The notes below the pieces were generated by a model. It was not told the origin of the DNA and did no database searches. It was given only the letters and a program-made list of their open reading frames with translations. A stretch of DNA of 64,000 nt, taken from NCBI RefSeq assembly GCF_964355755.1, contig NC_092675.1, positions 8,799,812-8,863,811 of the forward strand, in the 5' to 3' direction. The stretch's first letter is position 1, and every line of letters begins with the position of its first letter. Positions 7,679-21,400 of this stretch are shown here, one piece after another. A program made the translations under genes and the position numbers. Origin of the DNA: Antedon mediterranea (taxonomy: Eukaryota; Animalia; Echinodermata).

Positions 7679-10600
7679 ATGTTTAACTTTTTTAAATTAT
7701 ACTAAACAAAGTTTATTTTACCTTTCAATTATGTTTTTATGACAGTAACTATAAGATCTTTCTAAGTTATAATCTTGAACCGCAAGTAACCGAACGTCTA
7801 CAACCATACCACGTTGAAAACACCGGTTCTCCTCCGAACACCGCAGTTAAACAACGTCGGGCCTGGTTAGTACTTGGATGGGAGACCGCCTGGGAATACC
7901 TGGTGTCGTAGACCTATGTTTAACTTTTTTAAATTATACTAAACAATGTTTATTTTACCTTTCAATTATGTTTTTTGACAGTAACTATAAGATCTTTCTC
8001 AGTTATAATCTTGAACCGCAAGTAACCGAATGTCTACAACCGTACCAGGTTGCCTAGCCTGTGAATATCTGTTGTCGTACACCTGTTTTTATCTTTTTAA
8101 TAATCCTAAAATATAGTCTCGTTTAAGTGTTTCGATTTTCCAAAAATGTGTTTATACTGTTGATGATAGTATAAGTAAATAAATTCAAACTGTAACCGCA
8201 ATTAATCGAAAGTTTTTCAACTAAACTGCATTGAAAACAACGGTTCTCGTCCGATCACTGAAGTTAAACAAGTTGTTGTTCAAAGACATGTTTGTTGTTG
8301 TATGTTGCTGCTGTGGTGACGGTACAAACGTCACTGTACTACGCGGGCGTCCACTTGTGTGCGCGTTTGATTCTTAGCAACAAAGCGGCCTGAATCTTTT
8401 GTACATGCCGCTAATGTGTTATGCTTCATTGTACAGTGTTATTGTTTCCTTTATATTATCTTTTTAAGAACCTCAGTATAACTTTTTAAATTATACTAAA
8501 CAAAGTTGAATTTACCTTTCAAGTATGTGTTTCTTCAACAGAAGTGGGTGTAAATACCAACGTCATGGTTTCAGCAGCTGCTAATTTCAATCCTAGAAAA
8601 TGTTCTATAATAAATGAACAAAACTATTAGGTTATAGGATATATATGTTTATAGAGATTTTGACAGTGAATATAAGATGTATATATACTTGAACCGCAAG
8701 TAACCGAACGTCTACAACCATACCACGTTGAAAACACCGGTTCTCGTCCGAACACCGCAGTTAAACAACGTCGGGCCTGGTTAGTACTTGGATGGTAGAC
8801 CGCCTGGGAATACCTGGTGTCGTAGACCTATGTTTAACTTTTTTAAATTATACTAAAAAAATGTTTATTTTACCTTTCAATTATGTTTTTTGACAGTAAC
8901 TATAAGATCTTTCTCAGTTATAATCTTGAACCGCAAGTAACCGAACGTCTACAACCATACCACGTTGAAAACACCGGTTCTCGTCCGAACACCGCAGTTA
9001 AACAACGTCGGGCCTGGTTAGTACTTGGATGGAAGACCGCCTGGGAATACCTGGTGTCGTAGACCTATGTTTAACTTTTTTAAATTATACTAAACAATGT
9101 TTATTTTACCTTTCAATTATGTTTTTTGACAGTAACTATAAGTTCTTTCTCAGTTATAATCTTGAACCGCAAGTAACCGAATGTCTACAACCGTACCAGG
9201 TTGCCTAGCCTGTGAATATCTGTTGTCGTACACCTGTTTTTATCTTTTTAATAATCCTAAAATATAGTCTCGTTTAAGTGTTTCTATTTTCCAAAAATGT
9301 GTTTATACTGTTGATGATAGTATAAGTAAATAAATTCAAACTGTAACCGCAATTAATCGAAAGTTTTTCAACTAAACTGCATTGAAAACAACGGTTCTCG
9401 TCCGATCACTGAAGTTAAACAAGTTGTTGTTCAAAGACATGTTTGTTGTTGTATGTTGCTGCTGTGGTGACGGTACAAACGTCACTGTACTACGCGGGCG
9501 TCCACTTGTGTGCGCGTTTGATTCTTAGCAACAAAGCGGCCTGAATCTTTTGTACATGCCGCTAATGTGTTATGCTTCATTGTACAGTGTTATTGTTTCC
9601 TTTATATTATCTTTTTAAGAACCTCAGTATAACTTTTTAAATTATACTAAACAAAGTTGAATTTACCTTTCAAGTATGTGTTTCTTCAACAGAAGTGGGT
9701 GTAAATACCAACGTCATGGTTTCAGCAGCTGCTAATTTCAATCCTAGAAAATGTTCTATAATAAATGAACAAAACTATTAGGTTATAGGATATATATGTT
9801 TATAGAGAGATTTTGACAGTGAATATAAGATGTATATATACTTGAACCGCAAGTAACCGAACGTCTACAACCATACCACGTTGAAAACACCGGTTCTCGT
9901 CCGAACACCGCAGTTAAACAACGTCGGGCCTGGTTAGTACTTGGATGGGAGACCGCCTGGGAATACCTGGTGTCGTAGACCTATGTTTAACTTTTTTAAA
10001 TTATACTAAACAATGTTTATTTTACCTTTCAATTATGTTTTTTGACAGTAACTATAAGATCTTTCTCAGTTATAATAATCTTGAACCGCAAGTAACCGAA
10101 TGTCTACAACCATACCACGTTGAAAACACCGGTTCTCGTCCGAACACCGCAGTTAAACAACGTCGGGCCTGGTTAGTACTTGGATGGGAGACCGCCTGGG
10201 AATACCTGGTGTCGTAGACCTATGTTTAACTTTTTAAAATTATACTAAATAAAGTTTATTTTACCTTTCAATTATATTTTTATGACAGTAACTATAAGAT
10301 CTTTCTAAGTTATAATCTTGAACCGCAAGTAACCGAACGTCTACAACCATACCACGTTGAAAACACCGGTTCTCCTCCGAACACCGCAGTTAAACAACGT
10401 CGGGCCTGGTTAGTACTTGGATGGGAGACCGCCTGGGAATACCTGGTGTCGTAGACCTATGTTTAACTTTTTTTAAATTATACTAAATAAAGTTTATTTT
10501 ACCTTTCAATTATATTTTCATGACAGTAACTATAAGATCTTTCTAAGTTATAATCTTGAACCGCAAGTAACCGAATGTCTACAACCGTACCAGGTTGCCT

Positions 10601-13600
10601 AGCCTGTGAATATCTGTTGTCGTACACCTGTTTTTATCTTTTTAATAATCCTAAAATATAGTCTCGTTTAAGTGTTTCGATTTTCCAAAAATGTGTTTAT
10701 ACTGTTGATGATAGTATAAGTAAATAAATTCAAACTGTAACCGCAATTAATCGAAAGTTTTTCAACTAAACTGCATTGAAAACAACGGTTCTCGTCCGAT
10801 CACTGAAGTTAAACAAGTTGTTGTTCAAAGACATGTTTGTTGTTGTATGTTGCTGCTGTGGTGACGGTACAAACGTCACTGTACTACGCGGGCGTCCACT
10901 TGTGTGCGCGTTTGATTCTTAGCAACAAAGCGGCCTGAATCTTTTGTACATGCCGCTAATGTGTTATGCTTCATTGTACAGTGTTATTGTTTCCTTTATA
11001 TTATCTTTTTAAGAACCTCAGTATAACTTTTTAAATTATACTAAACAAAGTTGAATTTACCTTTCAAGTATGTGTTTCTTCAACAGAAGTGGGTGTAAAT
11101 ACCAACGTCATGGTTTCAGCAGCTGCTAATTTCAATCCTAGAAAATGTTCTATAATAAATGAACAAAACTATTAGGTTATAGGATATATATGTTTATAGA
11201 GATTTTGACAGTGAATATAAGATGTATATATACTTGAACCGCAAGTAACCGAACGTCTACAACCATACCACGTTGAAAACACCGGTTCTCGTCCGAACAC
11301 CGCAGTTAAACAACGTCGGGCCTGGTTAGTACTTGGATGGGAGACCGCCTGGGAATACCTGGTGTCGTAGACCTATGTTTAACTTTTTTAAATTATACTA
11401 AAAAAATGTTTATTTTACCTTTCAATTATGTTTTTTGACAGTAACTATAAGATCTTTCTCAGTTATAATCTTGAACCGCAAGTAACCGAATGTCTACAAC
11501 CATACCACGTTGAAAACACCGGTTCTCGTCCGAACACCGCAGTTAAACAACGTCGGGCCTGGTTAGTACTTGGATGGAAGACCGCCTGGGAATACCTGGT
11601 GTCGTAGACCTATGTTTAACTTTTTTAAATTATACTAAACAATGTTTATTTTACCTTTCAATTATGTTTTTTGACAGTAACTATAAGTTCTTTCTCAGTT
11701 ATAATCTTGAACCGCAAGTAACCGAATGTCTACAACCGTACCAGGTTGCCTAGCCTGTGAATATCTGTTGTCGTACACCTGTTTTTATCTTTTTAATAAT
11801 CCTAAAATATAGTCTCGTTTAAGTGTTTCTATTTTCCAAAAATGTGTTTATACTGTTGATGATAGTATAAGTAAATAAATTCAAACTGTAACCGCAATTA
11901 ATCGAAAGTTTTTCAACTAAACTGCATTGAAAACAACGGTTCTCGTCCAATCACTGAAGTTAAACAAGTTGTTGTTCAAAGACATGTTTGTTGTTGTATG
12001 TTGCTGCTGTGGTGACGGTACAAACGTCACTGTACTACGCGGGCGTCCACTTGTGTGCGCGTTTGATTCTTAGCAACAAAGCGGCCTGAATCTTTTGTAC
12101 ATGCCGCTAATGTGTTATGCTTCATTGTACAGTGTTATTGTTTCCTTTATATTATCTTTTTAAGAACCTCAGTATAACTTTTTAAATTATACTAAACAAA
12201 GTTGAATTTACCTTTCAAGTATGTGTTTCTTCAACAGAAGTGGGTGTAAATATCAACGTCATGGTTTCAGCAGCTGCTAATTTCAATCCTAGAAAATGTT
12301 CTATAATAAATGAACAAAAGTATTAGGTTATAAGTAACCGAACGTCTACAACCATACCATGTTGAAAACACCGGTTCTCGTCCGAACACCGCAGTTAAAC
12401 AACGTCGGGCCTGGTTAGTACTTGGATGGGAGACCGCCTGGGAATACCTGGTGTAGTAGACCTATGTTTAACTTTTTTAAATTATACTAAACAATGTTTA
12501 TTTTACCTTTCAATTATGTTTTTATGACAGTAACTATAAGATCTTTCTAAGTTATAATCTTGAACCGCAAGTAACCGAACGTCTACAACCATACCACGTT
12601 GAAAACACCGGTTCTCGTCCGAACACCGCAGTTAAACAACGTCGGGCCTGGTTAGTACTTGGATGGGAGACCGCCTGGGAATACCTGGTGTCGTAGACCT
12701 ATGTTTAACTTTTTTAAATTATACTAAATAAAGTTTATTTTACCTTTCAATTATATTTTCATGACAGTAACTATAAGATCTTTCTAAGTTATAATCTTGA
12801 ACCGCAAGTAACCGAATGTCTACAACCGTACCAGGTTGCCTAGCCTGTGAATATCTGTTGTCGTACACCTGTTTTTATCTTTTTAATAATCCTAAAATAT
12901 AGTCTCCTTTAAGTGTTTCGATTTTCCAAAAATGTGTTTATACTGTTGATGATAGTATAAGTAAATAAATTCAAACTGTAACCGCAATTAATCGAAAGTT
13001 TTTCAACTAAACTGCATTGAAAACAACGGTTCTCGTCCGATCACTGAAGTTAAACAAGTTGTTGTTCAACGACATGTTTGTTGTTGTATGTTGCTGCTGT
13101 GGTGACGGTACAAACGTCACTGTACTACGTGGGCGTCCACTTGTGTGCGCGTTTGATTCTTAGCAACAAAGCGGCCTGAATCTTTTGTACATGCCGCTAA
13201 TGTGTTATGCTTCATTGTACAGTGTTATTGTTTCCTTTATATTATCTTTTTAAGAACCTCAGTATAACTTTTTAAATTATACTAAACAAAGTTGAATTTA
13301 CCTTTCAAGTATGTGTTTCTTCAACAGAAGTGGGTGTAAATATCAACGTCATGGTTTCAGCAGCTGCTAATTTCAATCCTAGATAATGTTCTATAATAAA
13401 TGAACAAAAGTATTAGGTTATAGGATATATGTGTTTATAGAGATTTTGACAGTGAATATAAGATTTATATATACTTTGAACCGCAAGTAACCGAACGTCT
13501 ACAACCATACCACGTTGAAAACACCGGTTCTCGTCCGAACACCGCAGTTAAACAACGTCGGGCCTGGTTAGTACTTGGATGGGAGACCGCCTGGGAATAC

Positions 13601-16600
13601 CTGGTGTCGTAGACCTATGTTTAACTTTTTTAAATTATACTAAACAATGTTTATTTTACCTTTCAATTATGTTTTTTGACAGTAACTATAAGATCTTTCT
13701 AAGTTATAATCTTGAACCGCAGGTAACCGAATGTCTACAACCATACCACGTTGAAAACACCGGTTCTCGTCCGAACACCGCAGTTAAACAACGTCGGGCC
13801 TCGTTAGTACTTGGATGGGAGAACACCAGGGAATACGTGGTGTCGTAGACCTATGTTTAACTTTTTTAAATTATACTAAACAAAGTTTATTTTACCTTTC
13901 AATTATGTTTTTATGACAGTAACTATAAGATCTTTCTAAGTTATAATCTTGAACCGCAAGTAACCGAATGTCTACAACCGTACCAGGTTGCCTAGCCTGT
14001 GAATATCTGTTGTCGTACACCTGTTTTTATCTTTTTAATAATCCTAAAATATAGTCTCGTTTAAGTGTTTCGATTTTCCAAAAATGTGTTTATACTGTTG
14101 ATGATAGTATAAGTAAATAAATTCAAACTGTAACCGCAATTAATCGAAAGTTTTTCAACTAAACTGCATTGAAAACAACGGTTCTCGTCCGATCACTGAA
14201 GTTAAACAAGTTGTTGTTCAAAGACATGTTTGTTGTTGTATGTTGCTGCTGTGGTGACGGTACAAACGTCACTGTACTACGCGGGCGTCCACTTGTGTGC
14301 GCGTTTGATTCTTAGCAACAAAGCGGCCTGAATCTTTTGTACATGCCGCTAATGTGTTATGCTTCATTGTACAGTGTTATTGTTTCCTTTATATTATCTT
14401 TTTAAGAACCTCAGTATAACTTTTTAAATTATACTAAACAAAGTTGAATTTACCTTTCAAGTATGTGTTTCTTCAACAGAAGTGGGTGTAAATACCAACG
14501 TCATGGTTTCAGCAGCTGCTAATTTCAATCCTAGAAAATGTTCTATAATAAATGAACAAAACTATTAGGTTATAGGATATATATGTTTATAGAGATTTTG
14601 ACAGTGAATATAAGATGTATATATACTTGAACCGCAAGTAACCGAACGTCTACAACCATACCACGTTGAAAACACCGGTTCTCGTCCGAACACCGCAGTT
14701 AAACAACGTCGGGCCTGGTTAGTACTTGGATGGGAGACCGCCTGGGAATACCTGGTGTCGTAGACCTATGTTTAACTTTTTTAAATTATACTAAAAAAAT
14801 GTTTATTTTACCTTTCAATTATGTTTTTTGACAGTAACTATAAGATCTTTCTCAGTTATAATCTTGAACCGCAAGTAACCGAATGTCTACAACCATACCA
14901 CGTTGAAAACACCGGTTCTCGTCCGAACACCGCAGTTAAACAACGTCGGGCCTGGTTAGTACTTGGATGGAAGACCGCCTGGGAATACCTGGTGTCGTAG
15001 ACCTATGTTTAACTTTTTTAAATTATACTAAACAATGTTTATTTTACCTTTCAATTATGTTTTTTGACAGTAACTATAAGTTCTTTCTCAGTTATAATCT
15101 TGAACCGCAAGTAACCGAATGTCTACAACCGTACCAGGTTGCCTAGCCTGTGAATATCTGTTGTCGTACACCTGTTTTTATCTTTTTAATAATCCTAAAA
15201 TATAGTCTCGTTTAAGTGTTTCTATTTTCCAAAAATGTGTTTATACTGTTGATGATAGTATAAGTAAATAAATTCAAACTGTAACCGCAATTAATCGAAA
15301 GTTTTTCAACTAAACTGCATTGAAAACAACGGTTCTCGTCCGATCACTGAAGTTAAACAAGTTGTTGTTCAAAGACATGTTTGTTGTTGTATGTTGCTGC
15401 TGTGGTGACGGTACAAACGTCACTGTACTACGCGGGCGTCCACTTGTGTGCGCGTTTGATTCTTAGCAACAAAGCGGCCTGAATCTTTTGTACATGCCGC
15501 TAATGTGTTATGCTTCATTGTACAGTGTTATTGTTTCCTTTATATTATCTTTTTAAGAACCTCAGTATAACTTTTTAAATTATACTAAACAAAGTTGAAT
15601 TTACCTTTCAAGTATGTGTTTCTTCAACAGAAGTGGGTGTAAATATCAACGTCATGGTTTCAGCAGCTGCTAATTTCAATCCTAGAAAATGTTCTATAAT
15701 AAATGAACAAAAGTATTAGGTTATAAGTAACCGAACGTCTACAACCATACCATGTTGAAAACACCGGTTCTCGTCCGAACACCGCAGTTAAACAACGTCG
15801 GGCCTGGTTAGTACTTGGATGGGAGACCGCCTGGGAATACCTGGTGTAGTAGACCTATGTTTAACTTTTTTAAATTATACTAAACAATGTTTATTTTACC
15901 TTTCAATTATGTTTTTATGACAGTAACTATAAGATCTTTCTAAGTTATAATCTTGAACCGCAAGTAACCGAACGTCTACAACCATACCACGTTGAAAACA
16001 CCGGTTCTCGTCCGAACACCGCAGTTAAACAACGTCGGGCCTGGTTAGTACTTGGATGGGAGACCGCCTGGGAATACCTGGTGTCGTAGACCTATGTTTA
16101 ACTTTTTTAAATTATACTAAATAAAGTTTATTTTACCTTTCAATTATATTTTCATGACAGTAACTATAAGATCTTTCTAAGTTATAATCTTGAACCGCAA
16201 GTAACCGAATGTCTACAACCGTACCAGGTTGCCTAGCCTGTGAATATCTGTTGTCGTACACCTGTTTTTATCTTTTTAATAATCCTAAAATATAGTCTCC
16301 TTTAAGTGTTTCGATTTTCCAAAAATGTGTTTATACTGTTGATGATAGTATAAGTAAATAAATTCAAACTGTAACCGCAATTAATCGAAAGTTTTTCAAC
16401 TAAACTGCATTGAAAACAACGGTTCTCGTCCGATCACTGAAGTTAAACAAGTTGTTGTTCAACGACATGTTTGTTGTTGTATGTTGCTGCTGTGGTGACG
16501 GTACAAACGTCACTGTACTACGCGGGCGTCCACTTGTGTGCGCGTTTGATTCTTAGCAACAAAGCGGCCTGAATCTTTTGTACATGCCGCTAATGTGTTA

Positions 16601-17125
16601 TGCTTCATTGTACAGTGTTATTGTTTCCTTTATATTATCTTTTTAAGAACCTCAGTATAACTTTTTAAATTATACTAAACAAAGTTGAATTTACCTTTCA
16701 AGTATGTGTTTCTTCAACAGAAGTGGGTGTAAATATCAACGTCATGGTTTCAGCAGCTGCTAATTTCAATCCTAGAAAATGTTCTATAATAAATGAACAA
16801 AAGTATTAGGTTATAGGATATATGTGTTTATAGAGATTTTGACAGTGAATATAAGATTTATATATACTTTGAACCGCAAGTAACCGAACGTCTACAACCA
16901 TACCACGTTGAAAACACCGGTTCTCGTCCGAACACCGCAGTTAAACAACGTCGGGCCTGGTTAGTACTTGGATGGGAGACCGCCTGGGAATACCTGGTGT
17001 CGTAGACCTATGTTTAACTTTTTTAAATTATACTAAACAATGTTTATTTTACCTTTCAATTATGTTTTTTGACAGTAACTATAAGATCTTTCTAAGTTAT
17101 AATCTTGAACCGCAAGTAACCGAAC

Positions 17126-17172
17126 GTCTACAACCATACCACGTTGAAAACACCGGTTCTCCTCGTAGACCT
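17126..17172 (+). pseudogene. 47-nt 5S remnant (73-nt internal deletion)
   Basis: CCGGTTCTCCTC|GTAGACCT: nt 39 joined to nt 113 across a TC microhomology. Confidence 0.85.
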
Positions 17173-18394
17173 ATGTTTAACTTTTTTAAATTATACTAAA
17201 TAAAGTTTATTTTACCTTTCAATTATATTTTTATGACAGTAACTATAAGATCTTTCTAAGTTATAATCTTGAACCGCAAGTAACCGAACGTCTACAACCA
17301 TACCACGTTGAAAACACCGGTTCTCGTCCGAATACCGCAGTTAAACAACGTCGGGCCTGGTTAGTACTTGGATGGGAGACCGCCTGGGAATAACTGGTGT
17401 CGTAGACCTATGTTTAACTTTTTTAAATTATACTAAACAATGTTTATTTTACCTTTCAATTATGTTTTTGGACAGTAACTATAAGATCTTTCTCAGTTAT
17501 AATCTTGAACCGCAAGTAACCGAATGTCTACAACCATACCACGTTGAAAACACCGGTTCTCGTCCGAACACCGCAGTTAAACAACGTCGGGCCTCGTTAG
17601 TACTTGGATGGGAGAAAACCAGGGAATACCTGGTGTCGTAGACCTATGTTTAACTTTTTTAAATTATACTAAACAATGTTTATTTTACCTTTCAATTATG
17701 TTGGATGGGAGACCGCCTGGGAATACCTGGAGTCGTAGACCTATGTTTAACTTTTTTAAATTATACTAAACAAAGTTTATTTTACCTTTCAATTATGTTT
17801 TTATGACAGTAACTATAAGATCTTTCTCAGTTATAATCTTGAACCGCAAGTAAACGAACGTCTACAACCATACCACGTTGAAAACACCGGTTCTCGTCCG
17901 AACACCGCACTTAAACAACGTCCACTTGTGTGCGCGTTTGATTCTTAGCAACAAAGCGGCCTGAATCTTTTGTACATGCCGCTAATGTGTTATGCTTCAT
18001 TGTACAGTGTTATTGTTTCCTTTATATTATCTTTTTAAGAACCTCAGTATAACTTTTTAAATTATACTAAACAAAGTTGAATTTACCTTTCAAGTATGTG
18101 TTTCTTCAATAGAAGTGGGTGTAAATACCAACGTCATGGTTTCACCAGCTGCTAATTTCAATCCTAGAAAATGTTCTATAATAAATGAACAAAACTATTA
18201 GGTTATAGGATATATATGTTTATAGAGATTTTGACAGTGAATATAAGATGTATATATACTTGAACCGCAAGTAACCGAACGTCTACAACCATACCACGTT
18301 GAAAACACCGGTTCTCGTCCGAACACCGCAGTTAAACAACGTCGGGCCTGGTTAGTACTTGGATGGGAGACCGCCTGGGAATACCTGGTGTCGT

Positions 18395-18417
18395 AGACCT
18401 ATGGTATGGTTGTAGAC
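18395..18417. other. Left (tail-to-tail) inversion junction
   Basis: GTAGACCTATG (+ gene end) overlaps by 2-3 nt with ATGGTATGGTTGTAGAC (reverse complement of 5S nt 1-17). Confidence 0.9.
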
Positions 18418-21400
18418 GTTCGGTTACTTGCGGTTCAAGATTATAACTTAGAAAGATCTTATAGTTACTGTCATAAAAACATAATTGAAAGGTAAAATAA
18501 ACATTGTTTAGTATAATTTAAAAAAGTTAAACATAGGTCTACGACACCAGGTATTCCCAGGCGGTCTCCCATCCAAGTACTAACCAGGCCCGACGTTGTT
18601 TAACTGCGGTGTTCGGACGAGAACCGGTGTTTTCAACGTGGTATGGTTGTAGACGTTCGTTTACTTGCGGTTCAAGATTATAACTGAGAAAGATCTTATA
18701 GTTACTGTCATAAAAACATAATTGAAAGGTAAAATAAACTTTGTTTACTATAATTTAAAAAAGTTAAACATAGGTCTACGACTCCAGGTATTCCCAGGCG
18801 GTCTCCCATCCAAGTACTAACCAGGCCCGACGTTGTTTAACTGCGGTGTTCGGAGGAGAACCGGTGTTTTCAACGTGGTATGGTTGTAGACGTTCTGTTA
18901 CTTGCGGTTCAAGATTATAACTTAGAAAGATCTTATAGTTACTGTCATAAAAACATAATTGAAAGGTAAAATAAACTTTGTTTAGTATAATTTAAAAAAG
19001 TTAAACATAGGTCTACGACACCACGTATTCCCTGGTGTTCTCCCATCCAAGTACTAACGAGGCCCGACGTTGTTTAACTGCGGTGTTCGGACGAGAACCG
19101 GTGTTTTCAACGTGGTATGGTTGTAGACATTCGGTTACCTGCGGTTCAAGATTATAACTGAGAAAGATCTTATAGTTACTGTCAAAAAACATAATTGAAA
19201 GGTAAAATAAACATTGTTTAGTATAATTTAAAAAAGTTAAACATAGGTCTACGACACCAGGTATTCCCAGGCGGTCTCCCATCCAAGTACTAACCAGGCC
19301 CGACGTTGTTTAACTGCGGTGTTCGGAGGAGAACCGGTGTTTTCAACGTGGTATGGTTGTAGACGTTCGGTTACTTGCGGTTCAAGATTATAACTTAGAA
19401 AGATCTTATAGTTACTGTCAAAAAACATAATTGAAAGGTAAAATAAACATTGTTTAGTATAATTTAAAAAAGTTAAACATAGGTCTACGACACCAGGTAT
19501 TCCCAGGCGGTCTCCCATCCAAGTACTAACCAGGCCCGACGTTGTTTAACTGCGGTGTTCGGACGAGAACCGGTGTTTTCAACGTGGTATGGTTGTAGAC
19601 GTTCGGTTACTTGCGGTTCAAGTATATATACATCTTATATTCACTGTCAAAATCTCTATAAACATATATATCCTATAACCTAATAGTTTTGTTCATTTAT
19701 TATAGAACATTTTCTAGGATTGAAATTAGCAGCTGCTGAAACCATGACGTTGGTATTTACACCCACTTCTGTTGAAGAAACACATACTTGAAAGGTAAAT
19801 TCAACTTTGTTTAGTTTAATTTAAAAAGTTATACTGAGGTTCTTAAAAAGATAATATAAAGGAAACAATAACACTGTACAAAGAAGCATAACACAATAGC
19901 GGCATGTACAAAAGATTCAGGCCGCGTTGTTGCTAAGAATCAAACGCGCACACAAGTGGACGCCCGCGTAGTACAGTGACGTTTGTACCGTCACCACAGC
20001 AGCAACATACAACAACAAACATGTCTTTGAACAACAACTTGTTTAACTTCAGTGATCGGACGAGAACCGTTGTTTTCAATGCAGTTTAGTTGAAAAACTT
20101 TCGATTAATTGCGGTTACAGTTTGAATTTATTTACTTATACTATCATCAACAGTATAAACACATTTTTGGAAAATAGAAACACTTAAACGAGACTATATT
20201 TTAGGATTATTAAAAAGATAAAAACAGGTGTACGACAACAGATATTCACAGGCTAGGCAACCTGGTACGGTTTTAGACATTCGGTTACTTGCGGTTCAAG
20301 ATTATAACTGAGAAAGAACTTATAGTTACTGTCAAAAAACATAATTGAAAGGTAAAATAAACATTGTTTAGTATAATTTAAAAAAGTTAAACATAGGTCT
20401 ACGACACCAGGTATTCCCAGGCGGTCTTCCATCCAAGTACTAACCAGGCCCGACGTTGTTTAACTGCGGTGTTCGGACGAGAACCGGTGTTTTCAACGTG
20501 GTATGGTTGTAGACGTTCGGTTACTTGTGGTTCAAGATTATAACTTAGAAAGATCTTATAGTTACTGTCATAAAAACATAATTGAAAGGTAAAATAAACA
20601 TTGTTTAGTATAATTTAAAAAAGTTAAACATAGGTCTACGACACCAGGTATTCCCAGGCGGTCTCCCATCCAATTACTAACGAGGCCCGACGTTGTTTAA
20701 CTGCGGTGTTCGGACGAGAACCGGTGTTTTCAACATGGTATGGTTGTAGACGTTTGGTTACTTGCGGTTCAAAGTATATATAAATCTTATATTCACTGTC
20801 AAAATCTCTATAAACACATATATCCTATAACCTAATACTTTTGTTCATTTATTATAGAACATTTTCTATGATTGAAATTAGCAGCTGCTGAAACCATGAC
20901 GTTGATATTTACACCCACTTCTGTTGAAGAAACACATACTTGAAAGGTAAATTCAACTTTGTTTAGTATAATTTAAAAAGTTATACTGAGGTTCTTAAAA
21001 AGATAATATAAAGGAAACAATAACACTGTACAATGAAGCATAACACATTAGCGGTATGTACAAAAGATTCAGGCCGCTTTGTTGCTAAGAATCAAACGCG
21101 CACAAAAGTGGACGCCCGCGTAGTACAGTGACGTTTGTACCGTCATCACAGCAGCAACATACAACAACAAACATGTCTTTGAACAACAACTTGTTTAACT
21201 TCAGTGATCGGACGAGAACCGTTGTTTTCAATGCAGTTTAGTTGAAAAACTTTCGATTAATTGCGGTTACAGTTTGAATTTATTTACTTATACTATCATC
21301 AACAGTATAAACACATTTTTGGAAAATCGAAACACTTAAAGGAGACTATATTTTAGGATTATTAAAAGATAAAAACAGGTGTACGACAACAGATATTCAT

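Larger units (their letters stand above)
1..18403 (+). rRNA. 5S rRNA: Block 1 of tandem 5S rRNA gene-like copies, plus strand
   Basis: Repeated 120-nt sequences with eukaryotic 5S hallmarks (TCTCGTCCGA loop C, GGTTAGTACTTGGATGGGAGACCGCCTGGGAATAC) on the + strand up to the junction at 18401-18403. Confidence 0.92.
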
